NCBI GenBank assembly: GCA_026413965.1
Contig: JAOAJY010000001.1
Span: forward strand, 57,642-121,641
Direction of reading: 5' to 3'
Source: Candidatus Micrarchaeota archaeon
Lineage (GTDB): Archaea > Micrarchaeota > Micrarchaeia > Anstonellales > Anstonellaceae
DNA: 64,000 bases
Positions 19,481 through 27,943 of the stretch are shown here, one piece after another. The position numbers and the translations under genes are program-made. The notes below the pieces were generated by a model. It was given only the letters and a program-made list of their open reading frames with translations. It made no database searches and was not told the origin of the DNA. Each line of letters starts with the position of its first letter. The first letter of the stretch is position 1.

Positions 19481-20850
19481 TTCATTATCTCGTTGGCTAT
19501 CTTTCTTGCGTCAAAGGGGACAAGGTCAGAATATCCCTGGCCAACGCCCAAAAACAAGACAGGGATGCCTGTTGCTTTTGCGATTGAGAGCGCAGTGCCG
19601 CCCTTGGCATCGCAATCTGCTTTGGTCAATATTGCCCCATCCATCCCTATGGCAGCGTCAAATGCCTTTATCTGGTCAATCACAGCGTTTCCGCCAATGC
19701 TTTCTCCAACATAAATCTTCAAGTCAGGCTTCGCCACCCGGTTTATCTTTGAAAGCTCAGAAAGAAGATTGGTGTTGGTGTCCTGCCTTCCTGCGGAGTC
19801 TATCAGGACCACATCCACCTTGGAGGCTCTTGCGTAATTTATGGCGTCAAATGCCACTGAAGCCGGATCCGCCCCATACCTGCTTTTTATTGCCTTTATC
19901 CCCAGCCTGGAAGCGTGCTCCTCGGTCTGCTCAATCGCGGCTGCCCTGAATGTGTCTGCTGCCGCAAAAGCCACTGAAAGCCCGGCATCAAGAAGCATCT
20001 TGGCTATTTTTGCCATCGTGGTGGTTTTGCCTGCGCCATTTGGCCCCACAAAGAGTATTTTGACTGGCTTATTCATGCTCTTCACCTTTGCCAAGAAATC
20101 GAATTTCCTGTCGCTTTCCATGACTGAGGCAAGCACATCTGCCACAGCCTCCCTTGTCCTCTGGGCAATCTGCCCTTTCGGGACTTTCATGCCCACAAGC
20201 TTGGAGCGAAGCTGCGAAACCACCTGCTCTGAGACCTCGTATGCCACATCGGCCTCAAGAAGAGAAAGCTCCAGCTCATCAAGAAGGTCGGAAATCTCGG
20301 CTTCGCTTATTGTTATCTCGCTTGAGAAGAAAGACTTGATTGCAGTGCCAATCCCAATTTTTGGCGAGAGGCTGCGCGTCTCTGCCTGCGCCTTCTTCTC
20401 CAGCCTGGAGAAGTCTTTTTCCTCATCGCCCACCGCCCCTATAGCGGCTTTCTTGCCGTCCTTTTTGGCATCTTTGCTTGGCTTTTGCTCAGAAGCAGGC
20501 AGGCTTTCTTGCGCAAGCTTTTGCTTGGCATGGATTTGGCTTTGCGCAGGCGCGCCTTTTTCTTTCTGGATTGCAGCAGGAAAGGGCTTGGAGGCAGATG
20601 GCTGCTGAGGAGATTCTTGGGCTTGGGGAGAGGGCTGATTGGCTGGAGAGGCGCCAGCATTTCCTGCGCTTGAAGGAGGCATGAGAGGCGCAAGAGGCTG
20701 CTGGGGGATTTGCCCTTCGGCTTCGGAGAGCTTTTGTGCCTCTGCCTTTCCCCCGCTTTTGCCATCCTCCTGCTTGCTTGAATCAGGCTCTTTTTTTCCG
20801 GAAAGCCTGCTTATGAAGCTTGAAATCTTATTCTTCAGAAGGCCGAACAT
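19477..20850 (-). CDS. ftsY: SRP receptor FtsY with a long low-complexity N-terminal region
   Basis: GPNGAGKTTT, DTFRAAA, DSAGR, TKAD and GVGQGY. Confidence 0.96.
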   Translation of the reverse strand: MFGLLKNKISSFISRLSGKKEPDSSKQEDGKSGGKAEAQKLSEAEGQIPQQPLAPLMPPSSAGNAGASPANQPSPQAQESPQQPSASKPFPAAIQKEKGAPAQSQIHAKQKLAQESLPASEQKPSKDAKKDGKKAAIGAVGDEEKDFSRLEKKAQAETRSLSPKIGIGTAIKSFFSSEITISEAEISDLLDELELSLLEADVAYEVSEQVVSQLRSKLVGMKVPKGQIAQRTREAVADVLASVMESDRKFDFLAKVKSMNKPVKILFVGPNGAGKTTTMAKIAKMLLDAGLSVAFAAADTFRAAAIEQTEEHASRLGIKAIKSRYGADPASVAFDAINYARASKVDVVLIDSAGRQDTNTNLLSELSKINRVAKPDLKIYVGESIGGNAVIDQIKAFDAAIGMDGAILTKADCDAKGGTALSIAKATGIPVLFLGVGQGYSDLVPFDARKIANEIMN

Positions 20851-21262
20851 TTTTCTCCTCTGGCTGAGAAACGGCGTTTGCGCGCCCTGTGAGGTCCTCT
20901 ATTGCGCGAACCACCTGCTGAAGGTCTTTTTGGGCCTCCTGCATGGCTTCGGTCAGCTTTTTTTGCCTCTCCTCAAGGATTTTCAAGGCTTCCTCTGGCT
21001 TTTTTGGAGCCAAAAGGTTGGCGCCTATGTTGACAAGAACCCTATCATAATCAGGCTTTGAGCAGAATATGTATGTCCCTGCGCCTATTGGCACCAAAGT
21101 CTCGCCTTTGGCTTTTTTAAGGTTGGCTAGAGCCTCAATGGCGGCGCCCACCTCAAGGATTGTCTGCTGCATCTGGAGCATCTGCTGCCTTATAGCCTCC
21201 CCCCTTGCCTGGTAAAGCCGAAGCTCGTTGGCTATTTCGTTTAATTCCTCTTCGTCTGCCAT
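20828..21262 (-). CDS. pfdA: Prefoldin alpha subunit
   Basis: ETLVPIGAG and VLVNIGA between coiled coils; usual position before ftsY. Confidence 0.92.
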   Translation of the reverse strand: MADEEELNEIANELRLYQARGEAIRQQMLQMQQTILEVGAAIEALANLKKAKGETLVPIGAGTYIFCSKPDYDRVLVNIGANLLAPKKPEEALKILEERQKKLTEAMQEAQKDLQQVVRAIEDLTGRANAVSQPEEKNVRPSEE

Positions 21263-21276
21263 AAGGCATCCCCCCA

Positions 21277-21453
21277 TCAAATTTTCTCAATAGATTCAAT
21301 CTTTATTGCGGCCCTTTTAATGCCTGCGTTGGAGCCGAAAAGCGCCATGGCTTTCTCCAGCGCAAGCTTCTGGCTTTCTGCCTCCACCACTTTCTCAAAA
21401 GGGCGGGCGCTTGCCCCTTTGCCTATTTTGCCAACCACAATGAACTTCGCCAT
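21277..21453 (-). CDS. rpl18a: 50S ribosomal protein L18Ae/LX (eL20), 58 aa
   Basis: Below the ORF cutoff. MAKFIVVGKIGKGASARPFEKVVEAESQKLALEKAMALFGSNAGIKRAAIKIESIEKI, between eIF6 and pfdA as is conserved in archaea. Confidence 0.9.
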   Translation of the reverse strand: MAKFIVVGKIGKGASARPFEKVVEAESQKLALEKAMALFGSNAGIKRAAIKIESIEKI

Positions 21454-21463
21454 GAAACCACCA

Positions 21464-22126
21464 TCACAACAGCCTCAAAGCCTCAGCCGCCCTTCCCAGC
21501 TCAAACCCTGTGCTTGATTCCCCTGCCACCGCCCCTTTTGAGTTGGCGGCAAGGCATATGGAAACAAATGGGACGCCGGTGTTCAGCGTGCAGTTGCTTC
21601 CTGGCACGCCAAATATGCCCTCCAGCTCTTTTAATTCTTGCTCAGATGCCCTGTTGTGGGCAAGAAAGCCGGAGTTGGTTGCCGCAATGCAGCTTCCAAC
21701 CGTAGGGTAGCCAGCTATCCTTATAGGCACCACCTCAACCCCAAGGCAGTCTGAAATCTTTTCAAGCTCCATGCGCGGGATTTCAGGGTTGGCGGCTGCG
21801 CCTTTGTCGTTTGCAGCCAGGTTGTTGCCGACTGCGGAGAACTGCCCAGACAGGACTTCCACATTCAGCCCATGCGACTTGAAAAGGGATATCTCTTCTT
21901 GGCTGCAAAATGAGGGCAATACCGCTCCGTTGGAGTTCATGCACACAAAAAGCCCGGAAAGGCCTGCTCCGCCTATGCTTGCCTTCAAGACCGGAGCCCC
22001 AAGCGACTCAAGCGCAGAGATGAGCTTGGGCGAGGCAGTGATGTCTGCGCACACCAGCCTTTCTGAAGCTTTCGAGAAAAGCCCCACATAAGGATTGCCG
22101 AAATTGCTGGCTTTGACAACAGGCAT
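21464..22126 (-). CDS. eif6: Translation initiation factor aIF-6
   Basis: GNPYVGLF, AVGNNLAAND, PTVGSC and ANSKGAVAGESSTGFEL. Confidence 0.93.
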   Translation of the reverse strand: MPVVKASNFGNPYVGLFSKASERLVCADITASPKLISALESLGAPVLKASIGGAGLSGLFVCMNSNGAVLPSFCSQEEISLFKSHGLNVEVLSGQFSAVGNNLAANDKGAAANPEIPRMELEKISDCLGVEVVPIRIAGYPTVGSCIAATNSGFLAHNRASEQELKELEGIFGVPGSNCTLNTGVPFVSICLAANSKGAVAGESSTGFELGRAAEALRLL

Positions 22127-22143
22127 AGACACACGCCAAAAAT

Positions 22144-22572
22144 TCACGGCTTTTTCTCAGCAGCTTGGCTAGCCGCAGGATTCTTTGCCGCTTGCGGCTC
22201 TGCGGACGGCTTTGCCGAGGGCTCTTCCCTTTTTTCTTTTTTCTTCTCCTCTGCCTTCTTTTCCGCAGCCTGCTTTTTCTCCTCCTCTTTTTTGGCTGCC
22301 TCGCGCAGCTTTTCTTCCTCGCCGACAAGCCAAACCTTGGCTATCTGGTCCTCGCCTTTGACAATCCGGACTTTTATCCTCCTTGGGGGCTTTTGCATTC
22401 CGTCCCTGAAAATCCTGCTGTTGACTCCCTCAGAGATTTTTGCTTCCTTGGCTTTCATGTGCCTTAGCGCAAATTCCCTTACGAGCTTGACTGCCCTTTT
22501 GGCGCGTTTGGTTCGGACATGCCCATAGGCGTCAGAAAGCGGTATTGTGTATATCCTCTCAAGAGTAGCCAT
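22144..22572 (-). CDS. rpl31e: 50S ribosomal protein L31e with a charged C-terminal extension
   Basis: ERIYTIPL, KRAKRAVKLVREF and PPRRIKVR. Confidence 0.95.
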   Translation of the reverse strand: MATLERIYTIPLSDAYGHVRTKRAKRAVKLVREFALRHMKAKEAKISEGVNSRIFRDGMQKPPRRIKVRIVKGEDQIAKVWLVGEEEKLREAAKKEEEKKQAAEKKAEEKKKEKREEPSAKPSAEPQAAKNPAASQAAEKKP

Positions 22573-22580
22573 TTGCTCAC

Positions 22581-22763
22581 CTAATTTTGCCTATTGCGCT
22601 TCTGGGAGCGCATTTTGAGTTTCTGCGTTCGCCAGTTCCTTCTCTCCTTGTTTTGCACCACCCTCCTGTTTGTCTTGGCAACCACAAACAAAGGGATTCG
22701 CCTGTTCCTTTTCATCATCTTGCCCAATGTAGCCTTTGTCCTGCTGCTTTTCACCCTGCCCAT
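22581..22763 (-). CDS. rpl39e: 50S ribosomal protein L39e
   Basis: NRRIPLFVVAKTNR...RRNWRTQKLK. Confidence 0.93.
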   Translation of the reverse strand: MGRVKSSRTKATLGKMMKRNRRIPLFVVAKTNRRVVQNKERRNWRTQKLKMRSQKRNRQN

Positions 22764-22778
22764 AACTTTCACCTTCAT

Positions 22779-23111
22779 TCATCCAATATAGCTTTGCTGG
22801 CTTTCCCGGCTCTCGTGCCTCTTTCTTTTCTCATGCATTTCCCTGTATTCGTGCCACATGCGCTCAGCCTGCTTTCCCCTCAATATTTTCACCACCACAT
22901 TGCGAGGCACTGGAACCGAAAGGCCTTTCTCTGGCCTGTAATCGCAAAGCACGATGTCGCCTTCGCGTATCTTGGAGGCTATTTTGGCATCCACCGCCAT
23001 TGTCAGGACATTCTCGTCCCACATCCTAAGAGTAGCCTGCACTGATTTGTCAGAAGAAATGCTGTCTTTTGGGGTCAGGACTGCAACCACTTTTCCTGGA
23101 TGATACATCAA
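22779..23111 (-). CDS. Hypothetical protein, possible OB-fold (HypC-like pattern)
   Basis: Embedded in the ribosomal protein cluster; HPGKVVAV...GDIVLCDY. Confidence 0.6.
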   Translation of the reverse strand: MMYHPGKVVAVLTPKDSISSDKSVQATLRMWDENVLTMAVDAKIASKIREGDIVLCDYRPEKGLSVPVPRNVVVKILRGKQAERMWHEYREMHEKRKRHESRESQQSYIG

Positions 23112-23117
23112 ACCAAC

Positions 23118-23417
23118 TCACTTTTTCCTGAATTCTATCTTGGTCTCTCTTCTCTCAGACATCTTGGAAAGCAGCCGGTAAAGCTGCTCATCAGATATTT
23201 CGCCCATGCTGTTTCCGGACTGAGCAAGATACGCAAGGGAAGAGACCACCTTGTCGTAAAGCTCTGGGTTGGAGAGCCGAACGTTCATCATCCTCTCATA
23301 AGCTTTTGGAGAAAGCATCTTTTTCAGAATCTCTTTCTTCTGCTGCTCAAGCTGAGCCTGGCGAAGCTTTTGCTGGTAGATTTTCTGGTATTCTTCCTCC
23401 TCTTCCAAATTTCCCAC
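23118..23417 (-). CDS. PDCD5-like dsDNA-binding protein
   Basis: ILKKMLSPKAYERMMNVRLSNPEL, ISDEQL..LL and KIEFR; follows rps19e. Confidence 0.9.
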   Translation of the reverse strand: MGNLEEEEEYQKIYQQKLRQAQLEQQKKEILKKMLSPKAYERMMNVRLSNPELYDKVVSSLAYLAQSGNSMGEISDEQLYRLLSKMSERRETKIEFRKK

Positions 23418-23420
23418 CCT

Positions 23421-23834
23421 TCAGGACGAGGAGACCTCCTTGGCGGCAGAGTCCAAAAGCTTCTTTCCTGCGGCAGTTATTTCTCTCCCCACTTTTTTCT
23501 TTGCCAAAAGGCCTGCTGCCTCAAGAGCCTGCATCCCTTTCCTTATGATGGAGCCGCCGGCTTTCCTTTTCTTCTCAGGCTTCACCCCGCGAATCTTTCT
23601 TCCGCCATAATGGAGCCTGAGCTTCCCAACCCCTATATTGCCATTCACATACGCATTCCTTAGCATGGACGCCAAGCGGACATACCAGAAGTCTTTCTGC
23701 TGCGGCATGCGCTCCCTGTGGGCCCCAGACTTCACCGTGCCTATGTAGGAAGGCTGGGGGATGCCCATTCCCTTGAGCTTTTCTGCGACTGCCTTTATGA
23801 GCTTGTGCGGATTCACATCATAAACCGTAACCAT
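23421..23834 (-). CDS. rps19e: 30S ribosomal protein S19e
   Basis: MVTVYDV, VKSGAHRERMP, FWYVRLASMLR and YGGRK. Confidence 0.96.
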   Translation of the reverse strand: MVTVYDVNPHKLIKAVAEKLKGMGIPQPSYIGTVKSGAHRERMPQQKDFWYVRLASMLRNAYVNGNIGVGKLRLHYGGRKIRGVKPEKKRKAGGSIIRKGMQALEAAGLLAKKKVGREITAAGKKLLDSAAKEVSSS

Positions 23835-23945
23835 TCCAACACCCCTTGCGAATGTTGATTCCAAAAGGCGAAGATCCGTCTTTTTGACTGAAATTCGCTC
23901 CTCTATAAAGCAGACAAGGATATTTAAACCTGCCTGTGGCATAGC

Positions 23946-24614
23946 TTAGGCAAAAAAGTCCTTCGGCTTTTCTTCTGGTTTTGTAATGCCAAGTGCTTTT
24001 TCCTTTTCGCGTATGAGCAATTCTTTTATCTGCTTTTCATAAAGCATACGGGCAAGTGTATTTTGGGTGATGTGGTATTTTGCTGCATCTGGATATTTTT
24101 TAACCAAAGATTCGTAAATCTTGCCTAAAACAAAATCTAAAATATCGGCAGACAGCTTGGAAACTCTGTCGAATGCCTCATCGCTCTTCATCGCCTGATT
24201 GAAAAGAATTTTCAACTCAACTATATAATTTGAGCTTGCTATCTTTACTATCACGTCGTTGCTCGCCCCTGAAATCTTAGCAAAATAAGCGCAAATGTTA
24301 ATCAGAGTGCAAAGCGCAGGAGGTTGCGTGCTATTTTGGTTTGCAAATAGCAGGGAATCGAACACTAAATTTGCGACATAATTTGCTGCTTGCTCAATCG
24401 TCATGTTTTGTTGTTTGCCATTCTCATTCTGATTCTTTATGGCTTGATTGTATAAATCTATAAAGTTCTGATTAGACCGAAAATAATTTTCTAAATCGGA
24501 AACAGCTCGTGAGCGATCTTGCACGGAAATGCTTTTGAGTGTTTCGGAAAGATAATTAATAAGGATAGAAATCTGCTCGTTATTTGGCGTTGGCTTCTTT
24601 GCAGGCGCAGGCAT
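23946..24614 (-). CDS. Orphan helical hypothetical protein, AT-rich
   Basis: 222-aa open frame, Asn/Gln/Ile rich, visibly more AT-rich than its neighbours. Confidence 0.65.
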   Translation of the reverse strand: MPAPAKKPTPNNEQISILINYLSETLKSISVQDRSRAVSDLENYFRSNQNFIDLYNQAIKNQNENGKQQNMTIEQAANYVANLVFDSLLFANQNSTQPPALCTLINICAYFAKISGASNDVIVKIASSNYIVELKILFNQAMKSDEAFDRVSKLSADILDFVLGKIYESLVKKYPDAAKYHITQNTLARMLYEKQIKELLIREKEKALGITKPEEKPKDFFA

Positions 24615-24629
24615 GTTTGCCGCCTCTTA

Positions 24630-24959
24630 TCACTTTGCCTTGCAATATTTAAATTGCTTTTTGCCTCCGCATGAGCAAAGGTGCTCTGCTGCCTTCTGCC
24701 TTTTGCGCAGGCGGACTTTGGTGTTCAGCCCAGGGACAGAGGGCATTCCGCATGATTTGCAAAACAGGGCGCGCTGGCTTTTTTGCATGCGGCAGTTGTA
24801 TCGCATGGAGAGCCTTCTTGCAAGATAAACATAGCGCTTGGCGTAATTCGGCTCTCCTGCCCTCAAAGCTGAAGCTGCCTGCCGCAGGAGTATGTCTATC
24901 CTCTCGTAGATTATCTGTCGAAGGCTGCTTTTCTGGGATTCCACGCAAAAATTCGGCAT
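24630..24959 (-). CDS. rnp4: Ribonuclease P protein component Rpp21 (Rnp4)
   Basis: IYERIDILL, AKRYVYLARRLSMRY, FCKSCG and HLCSCG. Start trimmed to avoid the tRNA. Confidence 0.88.
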   Translation of the reverse strand: MPNFCVESQKSSLRQIIYERIDILLRQAASALRAGEPNYAKRYVYLARRLSMRYNCRMQKSQRALFCKSCGMPSVPGLNTKVRLRKRQKAAEHLCSCGGKKQFKYCKAK

Positions 24960-24981
24960 TTGCGCAATAAAAAGATTGGCA

Positions 24982-25113
24982 TGGGCCCGACGAGATTCGA
25001 ACTCGTGACCTACAGCTGTCCAAGACACTTTGCGAGAGCGTGCCATATAAGACATGCGAGCAGGCAACTTGGAGTTGCCAGCATGCCGCTCTAACCAGCT
25101 GAGCTACGGGCCC
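24982..25113 (-). tRNA. tRNA-Ile(UAU) with two introns (29/30: 25083-25054, 30 nt; 37/38: 25045-25018, 28 nt)
   Basis: Spliced sequence GGGCCCG TA GCTC AGCTGGTTA GAGC G GCAGT CT TAT AA GCTGT AGGTC ACGAG TTCGAAT CTCGT CGGGCCC A folds into a 74-nt cloverleaf. Both junctions form bulge-helix-bulge motifs. Confidence 0.85.
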
Positions 25114-25150
25114 AGGAGAAATAGGTGGAAAAAGGAATTTAAAGCAAAGT

Positions 25151-25909
25151 CTAGGCTTCCTGCTTGTAAAGCGCAAGCAGAGCAATCTGGGTTATTGGGA
25201 CATACGCCAAGACAAGATACAAAACTCCGGCAATGGGGATGGCAGAAGGAATCCAAAGCAGAGAGGAAATCACCACAAAAATTGCGACTTTGCCGAAGTT
25301 TTTGACCACAAATGCCGCTGACCTTCGGATTGCCTCCAATGCCCCTTTCTCATCCACCACCAGGGAAGGGACTGTGAAAATGAAAAATAGGCTCATCAGC
25401 AAGGAAACCAAGACTGCTGAGGTCATTATGGCTATGCCTGCAATGCCCCAGCCTACCGCAAACGACAATATCAAGCCTGCTGCTATAGGGGAAAGGAGTA
25501 TGGCTCCGCTCAAAAGCCCAAGCGCCAGCATGCTTGCGGCATACCTTGGTATCCTGTAAAACAGGCCGAAAAGCGTCTGCTTCCTCCCAGAGTGCAAAAT
25601 GTATAGGCTCTCCACAAAGGAGGCAGAAAGCCCGCCTTGCACCAGGAGGAAGATAACAAACCCTGCCGCAACCACCAAGGATGTGAGAAGCATTCCGGCT
25701 ATCTCCAAGGAGAAGCCCTTGCCTGAAACCAAGGCATTGAGCACTCCGCCTATTGAGAATGCCCCAAGAACCAATCCGGCGGCAAGCAAAATTGCCCCAA
25801 GCAAAGTCCCAAAGAGAAATGTGGCAAAGGAGAACAGGGCGCATGGAAGGATGTTTCTTTTGTAGGTGGAGAATGCTTCGTAATAGGCTGAAATTGCAGG
25901 GATTGGCAT
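25151..25909 (-). CDS. Multi-pass membrane protein
   Basis: About six hydrophobic helices; ...PSLVVDEKGALEAIRRS.. pattern typical of DUF975/GDPD-membrane-like families. Confidence 0.7.
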   Translation of the reverse strand: MPIPAISAYYEAFSTYKRNILPCALFSFATFLFGTLLGAILLAAGLVLGAFSIGGVLNALVSGKGFSLEIAGMLLTSLVVAAGFVIFLLVQGGLSASFVESLYILHSGRKQTLFGLFYRIPRYAASMLALGLLSGAILLSPIAAGLILSFAVGWGIAGIAIMTSAVLVSLLMSLFFIFTVPSLVVDEKGALEAIRRSAAFVVKNFGKVAIFVVISSLLWIPSAIPIAGVLYLVLAYVPITQIALLALYKQEA

Positions 25910-25920
25910 AGGACCACCAG

Positions 25921-26847
25921 ATGAAAAAAGCAGCCAAGCAATTTAATCTTTTGTCCAAAAAAACAGCTGTGGAAGAATTTCTTGAAGAGTATTTCATAAA
26001 CCCGATTTTTGACAGGGTTGGGTATAATCCTGTGAATACTTTTGCCTATGCTGTAATTGCACTGGCATCTGTTTATGCTATTTGGAGGATTATGCGCAAC
26101 AGGTATGATTTCGCAAGCAAGGAATTCCTGCTTGGAGCCGCGGCTTTTGTCCTTCTTGGGACCACCTCGCGTGTGCTGACTGATTTGTCGGATGCTGGAG
26201 CTATAAGGCAGGCTTCCCTTTCCGGAGGGATTTTGGGGGCAGTTTATGGCGCAATTGAAAGCAGAGGGGTTTTCCAATACGGATATTTGACCGTGACTCC
26301 TGGGATATATGTGGTGATTGCCCTGCTGTTCCTTGCCTCAATCGCAGTCGGGGAAGCCATGAGGATGCGGATTTTTCCCGCGGTGGCTGGATTTGCCCTA
26401 TGGATTCCCTGCTTTCTTTTGCTTGCGCCATTCATGAAAAATTTCGCCTATGGATTGCTTGCCTTGCTTTTGGCTTTGGTTGGCTCAGCAGCGGCTTTCC
26501 AAGCGCTTGCAAGGCTTGGGGCAAGCATGAAAATGCACCACAAGCTGGCGGTTGCAGGGCAGGCTCTTGATGGAGCTGCAACTTTTGTGGTGATTGACGT
26601 GTTTGGGCCGCTTTCAGGAAAGCCTTATTTTGAGCAGCACGTTCTTTCCTCTGCCATAGGGCATGCCACTCCCCTTGGCTTTGGGCTGTTTTTCGCATTC
26701 AAGATTGCCATAGCCTCGTTGATAGCCTACATGATTTCAAAAGAAAAGCTTGAGGCAAAAGATGCCGCCCTTTTGCTTGTGGTGATAGCCATAATGGGAT
26801 TTGCCCCTGGAATAAGGAACCTTCTGAGGATGCTTTGCGGCACTTAA
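25921..26847 (+). CDS. DUF63 family membrane protein
   Basis: YFINPI...GYNPVNT, SRVLTD, VTPGIY, QALDGAAT, YFEQH and GFAPGIRN. Confidence 0.85.
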   Translation: MKKAAKQFNLLSKKTAVEEFLEEYFINPIFDRVGYNPVNTFAYAVIALASVYAIWRIMRNRYDFASKEFLLGAAAFVLLGTTSRVLTDLSDAGAIRQASLSGGILGAVYGAIESRGVFQYGYLTVTPGIYVVIALLFLASIAVGEAMRMRIFPAVAGFALWIPCFLLLAPFMKNFAYGLLALLLALVGSAAAFQALARLGASMKMHHKLAVAGQALDGAATFVVIDVFGPLSGKPYFEQHVLSSAIGHATPLGFGLFFAFKIAIASLIAYMISKEKLEAKDAALLLVVIAIMGFAPGIRNLLRMLCGT

Positions 26848-27416
26848 AGCCCGAACCCTTTCCTTATGTATTCCACTGCGAATGCGGCAAGCAGCACCCC
26901 CATGACCCGCGAGAGTATCTCAAGCCCGCTTTTCCCAATCAGCCTGTAAATCTGCGAAGATGCCAAAAGGATTGCGTAGCTTGCCAAGCAAGCGGCAATG
27001 CCTGCCAAAGCCACATTGATTTCCCCGAAGCTGCTGCGCAAAAGCATGGAGGTGAGCATGGTTCCAGGCCCTGATAGGAGAGGAACTCCTATTATCACTG
27101 CCTCCACTGGAGCATGCTGGCTTTTTCCGAATTCAATGCCCAAAGCAAAGGAAACCGCAATAAGCAGCATAAGCAGCCCGCCTGCAATCTGGAAGGACTC
27201 GAACCTTATCCCAAGAAACGACAGGGCAAGAGGGCCTAAAAAAAGAAACCCGAGAAACACGCCTGCAGCAACTGCGGTAGCCACTGTTGCTGCCCTAAGC
27301 TTGTCTTTCTGCGAATATTTCCTGGTGAGGGCAAGAAAGACCGGCACTGAGGAGAAAGGGTCCATTACTATGAAAAGCGCGATGAACGCTGCCGCCACTG
27401 AGCTTATGTCAATCAT
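26844..27416 (-). CDS. MarC family membrane protein (second copy)
   Basis: VMDPFSSVPVF, FQIAGGLL, PLLSGPG and SRVMGVLL. Confidence 0.88.
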   Translation of the reverse strand: MIDISSVAAAFIALFIVMDPFSSVPVFLALTRKYSQKDKLRAATVATAVAAGVFLGFLFLGPLALSFLGIRFESFQIAGGLLMLLIAVSFALGIEFGKSQHAPVEAVIIGVPLLSGPGTMLTSMLLRSSFGEINVALAGIAACLASYAILLASSQIYRLIGKSGLEILSRVMGVLLAAFAVEYIRKGFGL

Positions 27417-27444
27417 TTGAACCGGTTAGCAAACACGGCGATGG

Positions 27445-27453
27445 TTTTTAAAT
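27445..27453 (+). promoter_or_regulatory. Probable TATA box of tRNA-Glu
   Basis: TTTTTAAAT about 25-30 nt upstream of the mature tRNA 5' end; it may also serve the divergent marC. Confidence 0.5.
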
Positions 27454-27477
27454 CGCTTGGTGCTTTAACCAATCTGC

Positions 27478-27605
27478 GCTCCCATAGTCTAGCCCGGTAA
27501 GGACGCGGGCCTTTCAGCCATGGAAAAAGGAAGAAAGCCTGTAACACGGGTTCAAATGCGCAAAGCTGATTTTATCGAAAGCCGCGGAGACTCCCGTTGG
27601 GAGCG
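27478..27605 (+). tRNA. tRNA-Glu(UUC) with two introns (37/38: 27517-27535, 19 nt; 59/60: 27557-27591, 35 nt)
   Basis: Acceptor stem GCTCCCA/TGGGAGC, D-stem GTCT/GGAC, anticodon arm CGGGC CT TTC A|A GCCTG and T-arm ACGGG TTCAAA|T CCCGT; relaxed BHB motifs at both introns. Confidence 0.88.
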
Positions 27606-27733
27606 CTTTTCTTCAGCTTGGGCTTGCCGCCTTTTTTGGGAAGGCAGCCTGAAAGCGAAACAATCAGCAATTCGGCCGCTTTGGCAGCCCATTCGCTAAG
27701 GACAAGCATAGGATCTCCTTTGAAAAGAAAAAA

Positions 27734-27943
27734 TCACTCTGGCGGCGGTGGAGGGGGCGCCTCGCCATCCCCAAAATCCTCAGGCATGAGAGGCGTGGCT
27801 TCTTTTTCCTGCTGTGCGCTTTTGACCATTTTTCCTTCTGGGGGAGCTGGGGGGCGGCTGTCATCTGCCGAGTCGCTGGGCTTGCTTTGAGCGCAGCCTG
27901 CCAAAAGCAGAAAGGCAGCCAAGAAAACCAATAGCCCTTTCAT
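27734..27943 (-). CDS. Small Pro-rich lipoprotein
   Basis: MKGLLVFLAAFLLLAGC lipobox followed by an acidic/Pro-rich tail; its ATG overlaps the upstream stop codon. Confidence 0.7.
   Translation of the reverse strand: MKGLLVFLAAFLLLAGCAQSKPSDSADDSRPPAPPEGKMVKSAQQEKEATPLMPEDFGDGEAPPPPPPE

Noticed and set aside
25054..25087. Alternative reading of the tRNA as Ala(GGC): GCATG CT GGC A...CATGT forms a plausible anticodon arm
   Set aside because: The acceptor has G3-C70 rather than the G3:U70 Ala identity pair, and the Ile(UAU) reading gives proper BHB motifs at both junctions.
24960..25185. ORF-track extensions (24630..25067 and 24649..25185) across the tRNA
   Set aside because: They overlap the tRNA-Ile gene; Rpp21 similarity begins only near 24959.
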